Shown piece by piece: positions 43,416 through 53,897 of a stretch of 64,000 nt of DNA; within the stretch, counting starts at the first letter, position 1; the number at the start of each line of letters is the position of its first letter. The DNA is taken from NCBI GenBank assembly GCA_017987975.1, contig JAGNSQ010000001.1, positions 39,090 to 103,089 on the forward strand, read 5' to 3'. This stretch comes from Saprospiraceae bacterium. GTDB taxonomy: Bacteria; Bacteroidota; Bacteroidia; Chitinophagales; Saprospiraceae. The translations under genes and the position numbers were made by a program. The notes beneath the pieces are model-generated. The model saw nothing but the letters and a program-made list of their open reading frames with translations, ran no database searches and had not been told where the DNA came from.

Positions 43416-44186
43416 ATGAGGTATTTTTTTCACATTTCATTTAAGGGAACCCATTTTTCCGGGTGGCAACGGCAACGGGATGGCGTAGTTTCAGTCCAGG
43501 AAGTTTTGGAAAATGCGCTCCTGAAAGTAACCGGGAAGCCAATATCGGTTATGGGCTGCGGCAGAACTGACAGTGGAGTTCATGCTTCACAGTTTTTTGC
43601 ACATTTCGATGCTGACAGTGAGCCCGATATAAAAAAATTAAATTTTACATTGCCAGACTCAATAGTGGTGCATGATATATTGGTCGTTCCAAATGATGCA
43701 CATGCCAGATATGATGCAACTTCCAGAACTTATACTTTTCTATTTCACACATTAAAAAACCCATATTCCAGTGAATTAAGTACATATCTTAATACACCTA
43801 TTATTTACAAAGACAAAATGATTGAAGCCTGCCAGTGGGTGAGAAGTACTCAGGATTTTAGGGGTTTTTGTAAAACACCTAAAAGGCACAACACCACTAT
43901 TTGTGAAATTCAAGGTTGTACCTGGGATTTTTCTGGTGATACAAGATTTATTTTTACCATAACAGCCAATCGGTTTTTAAAGTCTATGGTCAGAATACTG
44001 GCGCAGGATTTTATCGAATTGGGAATTGGAGCAATATCATCTGATGAGTTCAAAAACCGTTTAGCAGGAAACAGGATTGGACAAATTCATAAAATCGCTT
44101 ATCCCCAAGGCTTATATTTGAGTAATCTTTCTTATAAGAGTGGTGTCTTTGAAAAAGCAATTGTTCCTTTGATTATTCCTGGTTAA
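43416..44186 (+). CDS. truA: tRNA pseudouridine(38-40) synthase
   Basis: YFFHISFKGTHFSGWQRQ and the catalytic GCGRTDSGVHA. Confidence 0.92.
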   Translation: MRYFFHISFKGTHFSGWQRQRDGVVSVQEVLENALLKVTGKPISVMGCGRTDSGVHASQFFAHFDADSEPDIKKLNFTLPDSIVVHDILVVPNDAHARYDATSRTYTFLFHTLKNPYSSELSTYLNTPIIYKDKMIEACQWVRSTQDFRGFCKTPKRHNTTICEIQGCTWDFSGDTRFIFTITANRFLKSMVRILAQDFIELGIGAISSDEFKNRLAGNRIGQIHKIAYPQGLYLSNLSYKSGVFEKAIVPLIIPG

Positions 44187-44640
44187 TCCTTTTTCCATAA
44201 TATTTTGGGTGCACAAACAATAAACCAAAGGATTCGCAATGATGTTTGGAGTTTTTAGCATGATGCGCTCCGTGAGCTCTCAAAATAGCCCTTGAATAGG
44301 CATTGTCTAGTTGTTTAAACCACGAAAAACGCCTGTGGATATACACATCATGAATAAGAAAGTAGATTATACCATAAATAAGGATACCCAATCCTACGTA
44401 AATTAGCAGGCTATAATTTGGAATCAATGATCCTACAATAAAACTGGTGGCACTTGGAATAGCAAAAACCACAAAAAACAAGTCATTTTTCTCAAAAAAA
44501 CCTTCCTTTTCAAAATGGGGTTTATGGTGGTCTTCATGCCAATTCCATCCCCAACCGTGCATAATATATTTATGGGCAACCCAGGCAACTGCCTCCATAG
44601 CTACAACAGCCCCCAAAACAATCATTAATTTCAACAACAT
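44173..44640 (-). CDS. crtZ: beta-carotene hydroxylase (fatty acid hydroxylase superfamily)
   Basis: 155 aa. His boxes HKYIMH, HEDHH, HDVYIH, HGAHH in the spacing typical of CrtZ. Confidence 0.72.
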   Translation of the reverse strand: MLLKLMIVLGAVVAMEAVAWVAHKYIMHGWGWNWHEDHHKPHFEKEGFFEKNDLFFVVFAIPSATSFIVGSLIPNYSLLIYVGLGILIYGIIYFLIHDVYIHRRFSWFKQLDNAYSRAILRAHGAHHAKNSKHHCESFGLLFVHPKYYGKRINQE

Positions 44641-44682
44641 TTCACATGGTTTTATATCTAAATAAAATGAAAGCGAAAATGT

Positions 44683-45438
44683 TTATTTTTTTTTCGGGAT
44701 AAATCGTTGGAATAGAATAGGAATGAAAAAAATACACAAGGTAACTGCAGAAAATCCCCAATCTGCTGCATGGCTCCCAAGGAACTGGCTGATTGGTGTA
44801 TTTGGTGCAAAATGTTCCAGGAGTGAAAGCATTAATTTAATTCCTAAAACACCAATAACCACAAAGGCACTTGTTTCTAAGAAGGGATATTTTTCCATTA
44901 AAACTACAAAGCCCTGAGCCACAAATCGCATGGCGAGTATGCCAAGAAACACGCCAATCCAAATTAATATAATATTGTCGGAAAAGGCTACAGCAGCAAA
45001 AACATTGTCAATAGAAAAGGTTAAGTCCATTATTTCAATAGCCACAATGGTCGCCCAAAAAGGTCCAATTAAGCCAATAGTTTTCCTATACATCCAATTG
45101 CTTTGTGGCTTATTGATATCATCACTTGTGGTCGGCGTTTGCTCGCCACTCCACCATTTCCAGACTAAATAAAGTAAATACAAACCGCCCAAAGGTTTTA
45201 GCCACCAAAATTGCATGAGCATCGAAGCAAATAACAAACAAAGACCCCTGAAAACATAAGCCCCCAGGATTCCATATCTTAAGGCCGCACCTCTTTGATC
45301 TTTGGGTAATTCTAAAACCATGCTAGCCAAAACCGCTGCATTGTCTATAGCTAAAAGACTCTCGATGACAATTAAGTTGAGTATTATCAATGCCGATTTG
45401 CCGGGATCAGAAAGTATCTGATCTATAAGTTCATTCAT
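44683..45438 (-). CDS. TerC/DUF475-type integral membrane protein
   Basis: Duplicated xxDN motifs in TM helices (LAIDNAAVLA, FSIDNVFAAV). The start ATG overlaps the glnS stop (TAATG). Confidence 0.6.
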   Translation of the reverse strand: MNELIDQILSDPGKSALIILNLIVIESLLAIDNAAVLASMVLELPKDQRGAALRYGILGAYVFRGLCLLFASMLMQFWWLKPLGGLYLLYLVWKWWSGEQTPTTSDDINKPQSNWMYRKTIGLIGPFWATIVAIEIMDLTFSIDNVFAAVAFSDNIILIWIGVFLGILAMRFVAQGFVVLMEKYPFLETSAFVVIGVLGIKLMLSLLEHFAPNTPISQFLGSHAADWGFSAVTLCIFFIPILFQRFIPKKK

Positions 45439-47105
45439 TATTTTTGAACTTTATAGGAGTCTTTTAAATTGACTGTGGCATTAAATACAGGGTGATTCGT
45501 ATTGGTGTCGATATCAGCAGTATAATATCCTTTTCTTAAAAACTGAAAAGCTGACCCTGCTTCCGCGTTCGATAAAAACTGCTCAAACCTTGCATTTTTA
45601 TTAACAACCAATGACTTTGGATTGATAAAATCAAGTACGTCTTTGTCATCGTGTCCTGCAGGAGTTGGGTCTGTAAAAAGTCTATCGTAATCGCGTATTT
45701 CACCTTCAATTGAATGATGCGCTTCTACCCAGTGTAAGGTCCCCTTTACTTTAATTCCACTGGTATCCGAGCCACTTTTACTATCAGGGGCATAGGTGCA
45801 ATTTAATTGAATGATTCCACCATTTACATCTTTTACCACTTCCTGACACGTAATGATGAAAGCGTGTTTAAGTCTTACAGTGCCTCCCGGATATAATCGG
45901 AAATAATTTTTGGGAGGATCTTCCATAAAATCGTCCCTTTCAATAAACAGTTCTCTTGAAAACGCCATTTGTCTTTCGCCTGCCGCTGCATCCTCTGGAT
46001 TGTTTTCTGCACTTAACCATTCAGTGGTATCTTCTGGGTAATTGGTGATTACCACTTTGATAGGATCCATTACCACCATTGCCCTTAAAGAAGTTCTGTT
46101 TAACTCCTCTCTGACACAAGATTCCAGTAATTCAATTTCTATAAGATTGTCTCTTTTTGCAACACCGGCTTTTTCGCAGAATGTTCTCAATGCTCCGGCG
46201 GGGAAACCTCTTCTGCGCATGCCTGATACGGTTGGCATCCTTGGATCATCCCATCCAGTGACAATACCTTCTTCAACCAGTTTTAGCAGCTTTCTTTTAC
46301 TAGTAATCATGTAGGTAACATTCATTCGGGCAAATTCTATTTGCCTGGATGGAAAAATACCTAACTGTTCAATAAACCAATCATACAATGGTCTGTGGTG
46401 GGTAAATTCCAATGAACACAACGAATGGGTGATTCCTTCAATGCTATCACTTTGCCCATGAGCAAAATCATACATTGGGTATATGCACCATTGATCTCCG
46501 GTTCTGTGATGGTGTTCATGCTTGATTCTATAAATTACAGGATCACGCATGTGCATATTGGGCGAGGCCATATCTACCTTTGCCCTTAAAACGCGACTTC
46601 CATCTTCAAATTCACCAGCTCGCATTCTTTTAAACAAATCCAGGTTGTCTTCAATCGTCCTTGATCGATAAGGACTTTCTATACCCGCTTCAGTTGGCGT
46701 TTTTTTCATTTCAGCAATCTGCTCTGCGGAACTGTCATCAACATAAGCAAAACCTTTTTCAATCAGTTGTAGGGCATATTGGTATAATTGCTCAAAGTAG
46801 TCAGATGCATACAGGGCTTTTCCTTCCCATTGATAGCCAAGCCACTGTATATCTTTTTGAATGGCGTCAACATATTCAGTATCCTCAGTTGTAGGATTGG
46901 TATCGTCAAATCTTAAATTGGTTTTGCCGCCGTATTTTTTAGCCAACTCAAAATTAATGGTAATGGCTTTCACGTGCCCAATATGAAGGTAACCATTGGG
47001 CTCAGGTGGAAATCGAGTATGTATTCTTGCTCCGTGTTTATTGGACTTGAGATCTTCTTCAATGATCTCCTCAATAAAATTTAAGTATATTTTCTCTTCT
47101 GACAT
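45438..47105 (-). CDS. glnS: glutaminyl-tRNA synthetase
   Basis: FPPEPNGYLHIGH (HIGH motif), MITSKRKL (KMSKS variant), and the C-terminal anticodon-binding beta-barrels. Confidence 0.95.
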   Translation of the reverse strand: MSEEKIYLNFIEEIIEEDLKSNKHGARIHTRFPPEPNGYLHIGHVKAITINFELAKKYGGKTNLRFDDTNPTTEDTEYVDAIQKDIQWLGYQWEGKALYASDYFEQLYQYALQLIEKGFAYVDDSSAEQIAEMKKTPTEAGIESPYRSRTIEDNLDLFKRMRAGEFEDGSRVLRAKVDMASPNMHMRDPVIYRIKHEHHHRTGDQWCIYPMYDFAHGQSDSIEGITHSLCSLEFTHHRPLYDWFIEQLGIFPSRQIEFARMNVTYMITSKRKLLKLVEEGIVTGWDDPRMPTVSGMRRRGFPAGALRTFCEKAGVAKRDNLIEIELLESCVREELNRTSLRAMVVMDPIKVVITNYPEDTTEWLSAENNPEDAAAGERQMAFSRELFIERDDFMEDPPKNYFRLYPGGTVRLKHAFIITCQEVVKDVNGGIIQLNCTYAPDSKSGSDTSGIKVKGTLHWVEAHHSIEGEIRDYDRLFTDPTPAGHDDKDVLDFINPKSLVVNKNARFEQFLSNAEAGSAFQFLRKGYYTADIDTNTNHPVFNATVNLKDSYKVQK

Positions 47106-47124
47106 TTTACTTGATTTATTGTTG

Positions 47125-48969
47125 TTACATTCTGTCAGGCATGTCGATGCCCAACATCTTCATTCCTTTTTCTAAAACAAGGGCCGTCATTTGACAAATC
47201 CCCAAGCGGAAATTTTTTTCATTTTCTGTTGCCGCACCAAGAATTCTGACTTCATGGTAGAATCTGTGAAATTCTTTGGCAAGTACATAGCAGAAGTTTG
47301 CCAAATGAGAAGGATCGTAGGTTTTTCCTGCTTCATTTACAACTTCGGAGAAAGAGTACAACATGGTCAGAAGGCTTTTTTCACTGGGCTCCAATAGCTC
47401 AGGTATTGCCTGTTCTTGCAAACTAAAGGATCCTCCTTTTCTGAAAATAGATTGGATCCTCACATAAGCATTTTGAATGTACGGTCCCGTTTGCCCCTGC
47501 ATATCCAGAGATTCTTTAGGATCAAATGTCATTCTTTTTCGGGGCTGAACTTTAAGGATAAAAAATTTCAGTGCTGCCATGCCAATTTTGGTGATGATGG
47601 CTTCCTGTTCCACTTTATTCAAGTTGGCTAATTCACCCCTCTCTGATGAACCTGCAGCAGCCTCATTTATTACTTCAGCCATAAGATCGTCGGCATCTAC
47701 TACAGTTCCTTCCCTTGATTTCATCTTTCCTGTTGTAAGATCTACCATCCCATAGTTTAGGTGATAGAGTCCATCTGCATAGGGCTCTCTCAGTCTTTTG
47801 AGAATTTCAAATAATACTTTGAAGTGATAATCTTGCTCATCTGCAACTGTATATATCATTTTTTCGGTTCCAAAGTCTTTATACCTCAGCATGGCTGTGC
47901 CTATATCCTGGGTGATGTACACAGAGGTGCCATCAGATCGCAATACGATTTTCCTATCCATTCCAACATCGGTCAGGTCAATCCACACGCTGTTGTCATC
48001 TTCTTTTTGGAATACTCCCTTTTCTAATCCAATTGCCACCGTTTCTTTGCCGAGTAGATAAGTCTCAGACTCATAATAATTTTTATCAAAACTTACACCT
48101 AGTTTTGTATAAGTACTTTCAAATCCCTGATATACCCAATCATTCATTTTTCTCCACAAAGCTATAACAGAAGGATCTCCAGCTTCCCATTGCTGCAGCA
48201 TCTCTCTGGCTTCTTTACCTAGCGTACTGTGTAGATTGAAGTATTGATTTTTATATTCTTTAAAAAATGCAGATGCATTTTCAAGATCTATGTTTTTTTC
48301 CTTTAACAATTGTTGTCCTGGTTCAGATTCCTGCCAATTCTTGTATTCTTCCTGAAATTTGGTTTCAAAAATAACATAATAATTGCCTACAAAATGATCA
48401 CTCTTCACTCCCGCCTCAGAAGGGGTGACGCCTTCGCCAAATTTCAACCATGACAGCATACTCTTGCAAATGGCTATACCTCTATCATTGATAACCTGGG
48501 TTTTAATTACTTCATAGCCGCAAGCCTCTAAAATTCTGGTTACGGACCAACCCAACAAAATGTTGCGAATATGGCCCAAATGCAGTGGCTTATTTGTGTT
48601 TGGCGATGAAAATTCTATCAAAACTTTTTGACCATTCTTATCTCTTGTGCCATAAGATGGGTTCTGGTACATTGTATTCAGACATTCTCCCCAAAATTGA
48701 CTATTTAGAGAAAGGTTAAGAAACCCATTTACTACATTGTATTTTTCTACATAAGCTGAATTTTTGAGAAGATGTTGTCCAAGCTCCTCTCCAATAGCTG
48801 CAGGTGCTTTGCCTGCTGGTTTACTATATGGAAAAACAACAATGGTGAAATCACCTTCAAATTCTTTTTTGGTGGGGTTGATCAATACTTCTATGGCATT
48901 GACTTCCTGCTTATACAATTTTAAGACACCCTCAGCAAACGATTGGGCTATGGAATGAAGCAAATTCAT
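47125..48969 (-). CDS. argS: arginyl-tRNA synthetase
   Basis: SSPNTNKPLHLGHIRN, MKSREG (KMSK-like), C-terminal DALR domain ending DRM. Confidence 0.95.
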   Translation of the reverse strand: MNLLHSIAQSFAEGVLKLYKQEVNAIEVLINPTKKEFEGDFTIVVFPYSKPAGKAPAAIGEELGQHLLKNSAYVEKYNVVNGFLNLSLNSQFWGECLNTMYQNPSYGTRDKNGQKVLIEFSSPNTNKPLHLGHIRNILLGWSVTRILEACGYEVIKTQVINDRGIAICKSMLSWLKFGEGVTPSEAGVKSDHFVGNYYVIFETKFQEEYKNWQESEPGQQLLKEKNIDLENASAFFKEYKNQYFNLHSTLGKEAREMLQQWEAGDPSVIALWRKMNDWVYQGFESTYTKLGVSFDKNYYESETYLLGKETVAIGLEKGVFQKEDDNSVWIDLTDVGMDRKIVLRSDGTSVYITQDIGTAMLRYKDFGTEKMIYTVADEQDYHFKVLFEILKRLREPYADGLYHLNYGMVDLTTGKMKSREGTVVDADDLMAEVINEAAAGSSERGELANLNKVEQEAIITKIGMAALKFFILKVQPRKRMTFDPKESLDMQGQTGPYIQNAYVRIQSIFRKGGSFSLQEQAIPELLEPSEKSLLTMLYSFSEVVNEAGKTYDPSHLANFCYVLAKEFHRFYHEVRILGAATENEKNFRLGICQMTALVLEKGMKMLGIDMPDRM

Positions 48970-48972
48970 GGA

Positions 48973-49518
48973 CTATGAAGGATTTATAAAAAAACTGAAA
49001 ATTGTTGTACCATACTTTCGCTCTTCCTGATAATTAGGATGAGACTTAAAATCATGGTCGGGATTGTGTTCAAGCACAAAGATACCATTTTTATTTAACA
49101 GTCCTTTTTCAAAAATCTTAGCAGGGATTGTTCGCAAATTGGGCAAAGGGTAGGGGGGACCGGCAAAAATATAATCATATCCAATGACTGACATATCAAT
49201 AAATTTAAATACATCCATTTTTACAATGTGGATGCGATCTGTGATTTTGAGCTCTTCTGCAATTTTTTTCACAAATTGAGTTGCAGGTCCGAATTGGTCC
49301 ACGTAGGTGGCATCCAAACATCCTCTGGAAATGAATTCATAACAGTGGTTGCCTGTACCTCCAAAAAGATCAAGCATACGCACACTTTCAAAGTCCAATC
49401 TATTTTGTAGTATATTAAAAAGTCCCTCTTTGGAAACATCCGTGGTGGGTCTCGTCGGCCAATTTTTTGCAGGAGGAATAAATCTTCGTCCCTTAAAGTT
49501 TCCGCTAATGATGCGCAT
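48973..49518 (-). CDS. rsmD: 16S rRNA (guanine966-N2)-methyltransferase
   Basis: MRIISGNFKGRRF..RPTTD, LDLFGGTG, FAGPPYP. Confidence 0.82.
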   Translation of the reverse strand: MRIISGNFKGRRFIPPAKNWPTRPTTDVSKEGLFNILQNRLDFESVRMLDLFGGTGNHCYEFISRGCLDATYVDQFGPATQFVKKIAEELKITDRIHIVKMDVFKFIDMSVIGYDYIFAGPPYPLPNLRTIPAKIFEKGLLNKNGIFVLEHNPDHDFKSHPNYQEERKYGTTIFSFFINPS

Positions 49519-50242
49519 ACGATTGGATGTTCAGAAAATGATCAAAGTAAATGTGGTCTGCCAAGTCTTCGTTTTTTGTCTGAAATTCAGCTTGATGCAC
49601 CGCTTTCAAATTTTTAATATATCGAAATAGCAGCTGGTAAAAGGAGGAATTGACCGTTAATTGACCCGAAAATTCGACTTGAATGTTGTCAGGTTCTGTC
49701 TGTAAAACCTGTCTGCTTATTGCAAACAGATAATATATTACATCCTCCGCAGTTTGAATATCAAACTGGTTATAAAACTTAAATTTACCGTCCTCGAAAC
49801 AAGCAATCTGTATTGATTGATCTAAAAAATGCAGCCAGATTATTTTTCCACTTTTTTGAGAGTAATACTGAAAACTTGCTGTGGTAACATGTTTGTAATC
49901 CCAATTGAAATTGTTATTAACGGCATCTTCATAGTAACATACAACGTTTTCACCTACCCATTGATCGCAATAAACTTGTGGTTTGTTGAATTCATTATCC
50001 TCATTTACAGGCAGGTGTGTAAAAGCAACGGAAGGGCTCATATAATGAACTGAAACGCCTTTTTGCTGCCAATCTTTAATAAACCGGGCCGCCGATTCTG
50101 TCGTTAATTTACCTCTATGTAACAAACATTGCTGTTGATCGAATAGCCCATAAACAAAACTGTCTGCATCAGAGATGACAGACAGCTTGGCAATATCTTT
50201 ATCTATAAAGTCCGAACTAAAATCAATTTGGATCATTCCCAA
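49505..50242 (-). CDS. DUF3822-like hypothetical protein
   Basis: 245-aa ORF overlapping both neighbours by 10-14 nt. The family name is from memory of the conserved Bacteroidota partner of rsmD and has not been verified. Confidence 0.45.
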   Translation of the reverse strand: MGMIQIDFSSDFIDKDIAKLSVISDADSFVYGLFDQQQCLLHRGKLTTESAARFIKDWQQKGVSVHYMSPSVAFTHLPVNEDNEFNKPQVYCDQWVGENVVCYYEDAVNNNFNWDYKHVTTASFQYYSQKSGKIIWLHFLDQSIQIACFEDGKFKFYNQFDIQTAEDVIYYLFAISRQVLQTEPDNIQVEFSGQLTVNSSFYQLLFRYIKNLKAVHQAEFQTKNEDLADHIYFDHFLNIQSYAHH

Positions 50243-50814
50243 TTTCCATTCAGGTTTGGAGTGGTCAAGTCGCCAAATTTCAGCATTTTTTCCGGGTCAA
50301 AATACTTATCGTATTTTTTGTATTTAGCATCACCAAAAGGTCCCATAAATACTTTCCATTTAGTACCTACCTGAACGACCGGAACTTTAGAATTTTGATA
50401 TTCTATCGTATCTGCCGCTATTTCGAACTTTAGTCCGCTAGTAAATGGTATGAACGGCAATGAATCCAAATTAATTCCCATGGCATTAATGGAGTCTATT
50501 GCCGGAGAATAAGATGTTGATCGGATAAATTTATCTTCGTTGGTTGGATCACTTGGATCGTTTTCAATCTTTTCAAAAGGTATTTTATCATTTTTTAATA
50601 CATTAACCAACTCTTCAAAACTACCTGCAAAAGTTCCTTTAATAGATCTGTAAATTTCCTGGCTGGTCTTGATTTGCTTAAGCCTTGATATTACAACGTC
50701 TACTCTTCTACCTTTTTCTTCTTGAAACGCTATTGGCTCTCTGATGGAGGTGTAGATCATGTAAATCAATAAAAATATGAGGGCAGTCAGGAGTAGGTTT
50801 ATAGCTACTTTCAT
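50233..50814 (-). CDS. hypothetical protein with single N-terminal TM helix
   Basis: 193-aa ORF, MKVAINLLLTALIFLLIYMIYTSI. First gene of the tightly packed minus-strand array. Confidence 0.6.
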   Translation of the reverse strand: MKVAINLLLTALIFLLIYMIYTSIREPIAFQEEKGRRVDVVISRLKQIKTSQEIYRSIKGTFAGSFEELVNVLKNDKIPFEKIENDPSDPTNEDKFIRSTSYSPAIDSINAMGINLDSLPFIPFTSGLKFEIAADTIEYQNSKVPVVQVGTKWKVFMGPFGDAKYKKYDKYFDPEKMLKFGDLTTPNLNGNWE

Positions 50815-50982
50815 AAGTATTTTATTTGTTTTCTAAGGTTACTAATAATTTACCTAAATAATTGATTATCAAAATAATTCCAACAAAGATCGACAAAATC
50901 GAAGAAAATGTTGAAATAATAAGATGTAAATTTAGAAAATCTTGGTGTATGACAAAATTAAAGTTTTTATTTGCATCCTAAA

Positions 50983-51987
50983 ATGACTATTCTTGCCATA
51001 GAAAGTAGCTGCGATGATACCTCTGCCGCCATTCTGGTAGATGGAAAAGTAGTGTCTAATACCACTAGTAGCCAAAAAATACATGAAAAATATGGTGGAG
51101 TAGTTCCAGAGGTGGCTTCCAGGCAGCACCATCTAGACATCATCCCGGTTGTTAATCATGCCTTAACACTTGCTCACTGTCAATTAGATAGTATTGGAGC
51201 CATTGCCTTTACCAGAGGTCCGGGCTTGTTGGGTAGCCTATTGGTAGGCACCAGTTTTGCCAAAGCATTATCGCTGGCCCTTGATAAACCTCTTATTGAG
51301 GTACACCATATGAAAGCCCACATCATGGCCCATTTTATAGACGAGCCAAAACCTAAATTTCCATTCTTATGCCTTACCGTTTCAGGCGGACACACACAAA
51401 TAGTAAAGGTAAACAGCGGTACTGATATGATTATTTTAGGACAAACCATTGATGATGCAGCAGGTGAAGCATTTGATAAGACTGGCAAAATGTTAGGATT
51501 AGGGTATCCGGCCGGACCTGAAATTGACAGAAGAGCTGATATTGGCAAGCCGGTATATTCATTTTCAGAAACAAAATTGACCGGCCTTGATTTTTCCTTT
51601 AGTGGTTTCAAAACTTCAGTTCTCTACTTTTTGCAAAAGGAAAAAATAAAAGACCCGGATTTCATCCAAGCAAACCTGAACGATTTATGTGCTTCTATCC
51701 AAAGTGCAATTATACATATGCTGGTGAGCAAGGTTAAGCAAGCTTCCATTCAAACCGGTATTACTGAAATAGCAATTGCTGGTGGAGTTGCTGCCAACTC
51801 CGGCTTGCGGAAAACTTTGCTCAACATGGCTGAAGAGCATGCATGGAAATTGTATGTGCCTGACATTCAGTATTGTACGGATAATGCTGGCATGATTGCT
51901 ATGGCAGCATGGTTTAAGTACAAAGATGGTCAGTTCTCTGACTTATCCACTTCTCCTGACCCCAGATGGACCATGGATCAGGTTTAA
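50983..51987 (+). CDS. tsaD: tRNA N6-adenosine threonylcarbamoyltransferase
   Basis: I moved the start to ATG 50983 (MTILAIESSCDDTSAA). VHHMKAHI, TVSGGHTQ, IAGGVAAN. Confidence 0.95.
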   Translation: MTILAIESSCDDTSAAILVDGKVVSNTTSSQKIHEKYGGVVPEVASRQHHLDIIPVVNHALTLAHCQLDSIGAIAFTRGPGLLGSLLVGTSFAKALSLALDKPLIEVHHMKAHIMAHFIDEPKPKFPFLCLTVSGGHTQIVKVNSGTDMIILGQTIDDAAGEAFDKTGKMLGLGYPAGPEIDRRADIGKPVYSFSETKLTGLDFSFSGFKTSVLYFLQKEKIKDPDFIQANLNDLCASIQSAIIHMLVSKVKQASIQTGITEIAIAGGVAANSGLRKTLLNMAEEHAWKLYVPDIQYCTDNAGMIAMAAWFKYKDGQFSDLSTSPDPRWTMDQV

Positions 51988-52031
51988 ATAAACTTTTAAA
52001 CACCTCTCTTGTTTCTGCATATTGAATATAG

Positions 52032-53897
52032 ATGAAAATTCCAATTGACATTAAGACGGGAAGTTTAACACAACTGTCGCCGTTATCACAAGATCTGGTT
52101 GTAGGTATAGACCTGGGTACAACCAATAGCCTCATTGCCATTGCTGATTTAGAAGGTAAGCCGCAAATAATAAGTGATACCCGTGGTAAAACAATGGTTC
52201 CTTCTATCATTCACTTCTTTGAGGATAATAATTTTATAGTAGGTGCCGAAGCTAAAATTTGGATGGGGCAGGACCCTAAGGCTACCTTATATTCCATTAA
52301 AAGGTTGATGGGAAAGTCTTTTAAAGATGTTCAAAGTATTCAAAATACTTTTGGCTATACATTTTTAGAAAACTATGAAGATGAGGGTTTGGTAAGGGTG
52401 AATGTCAACAATAAATTTTATACACCTGTTGAATTAAGTTCTTATATTCTAAAGACCCTCGTTACACAGGCAGAGGAGGCATTAAATAGAAAGATATCCA
52501 GGGCAGTGATAACCGTCCCCGCTTATTTTAATGACGCACAAAGACAAGCGACAAGGGACGCAGGCAAATTAGCTGGCCTGGATGTGTTGCGAATTGTCAA
52601 TGAGCCTACTGCTGCAAGTTTAGCTTATGGTCTGGGTTTGGATAAAAATAAGGAAGAAACAATAGCCGTATATGATTTGGGGGGCGGTACTTTTGATGTT
52701 TCTGTCTTACGTATAGAAAATGGAATCTTTGAGGTATTATCAACTAAAGGAGATACCTTTTTGGGGGGTGATGACTTTGATTTAGCGATTGCAGAAAAGT
52801 GGAAAAACACTTATCATGGTGAACTTCAACATTTGCCATTAGAAAAATGGTATGAACTTAAATGGATAGCAGAGCAAGCAAAAATAGATTTGTCTCAAAA
52901 TGAAGTATTTTCCAGAGAGTGGCATGGAATTAATTTAACTCTAACAAGGAATGAAGCAGAAGGGCTTTTTCAGCCACTGATTCAAAAAACCATTGAATTG
53001 TGTGCTGCTGCCTTGAAAGATGCAGGTATTGTCATTTCTGAAATTTCAAATGTTGTCATGGTTGGAGGCTCAACAAGGGTGCCTGCGGTTAAAAATGCAG
53101 TGTCTCAATATTTTCAGGCCAAAATCCATGATGATGTAAATCCAGATGAGGTAGTAGCCTTGGGTGCTGCTGTTCAGGCAGATATTTTGGCCGGAAATAG
53201 AAAAGATTTACTTCTGTTAGATGTCACTCCTCTTTCTCTTGGAATTGAGACTCTGGGCGGTTTGATGGATGTCATCGTGCCCAGAAATACCAAAGTTCCT
53301 GCTCGTATAGGTAGAAATTATACTACCTCAAAAGATGGTCAAAAGAACCTCTCAATTTCCGTTTATCAGGGAGAAAGAGATTTGGTCAAACACAACAGGA
53401 AATTAGGAGCATTTATTTTGAGTAACCTTCCTCCAATGCCGGCTGGCCTACCCAAGATTGAGGTGGTATTTGCCCTGGATGCAGATGGTATTCTTACTGT
53501 TAAAGCCAGAGAGCTTAGGTCAGAAACTTCAATGGAAGTTGTCATAAAGTCTGCCTACGGCATTTCTGATGAAGAAATGGCGTTGTTGCTCTTAGATTCA
53601 ATACACAATGCAAAAACAGACATGCAAGAAAAGCAGCGCATTGAGGCATTAAATGAAGGGAAGTTGTTGATTGATTCTATTAATAAGTTTATATCCCTCA
53701 ATACTTCATTGATGACAACTGAAGAGATAAGGGGACTTAAAGAAAGAAAAAAGAACCTGGAACAATTATTGGATTCAGGAGACAAGGACAGCATCATGGC
53801 TCTCATCCAGGAAATTAATGAATACGCACTTCCATTTACCCATAGAGCTATGGACAATGCTCTTGGATCAGCATTGTCTGGCAAAAAAGTTGAGTGA
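52032..53897 (+). CDS. Hsp70-family chaperone, HscA-like
   Basis: [39 protein letters not shown]. The N-terminal extension and helical C-terminus resemble HscA rather than DnaK. No hscB/isc genes are nearby. Confidence 0.7.
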   Translation: MKIPIDIKTGSLTQLSPLSQDLVVGIDLGTTNSLIAIADLEGKPQIISDTRGKTMVPSIIHFFEDNNFIVGAEAKIWMGQDPKATLYSIKRLMGKSFKDVQSIQNTFGYTFLENYEDEGLVRVNVNNKFYTPVELSSYILKTLVTQAEEALNRKISRAVITVPAYFNDAQRQATRDAGKLAGLDVLRIVNEPTAASLAYGLGLDKNKEETIAVYDLGGGTFDVSVLRIENGIFEVLSTKGDTFLGGDDFDLAIAEKWKNTYHGELQHLPLEKWYELKWIAEQAKIDLSQNEVFSREWHGINLTLTRNEAEGLFQPLIQKTIELCAAALKDAGIVISEISNVVMVGGSTRVPAVKNAVSQYFQAKIHDDVNPDEVVALGAAVQADILAGNRKDLLLLDVTPLSLGIETLGGLMDVIVPRNTKVPARIGRNYTTSKDGQKNLSISVYQGERDLVKHNRKLGAFILSNLPPMPAGLPKIEVVFALDADGILTVKARELRSETSMEVVIKSAYGISDEEMALLLLDSIHNAKTDMQEKQRIEALNEGKLLIDSINKFISLNTSLMTTEEIRGLKERKKNLEQLLDSGDKDSIMALIQEINEYALPFTHRAMDNALGSALSGKKVE

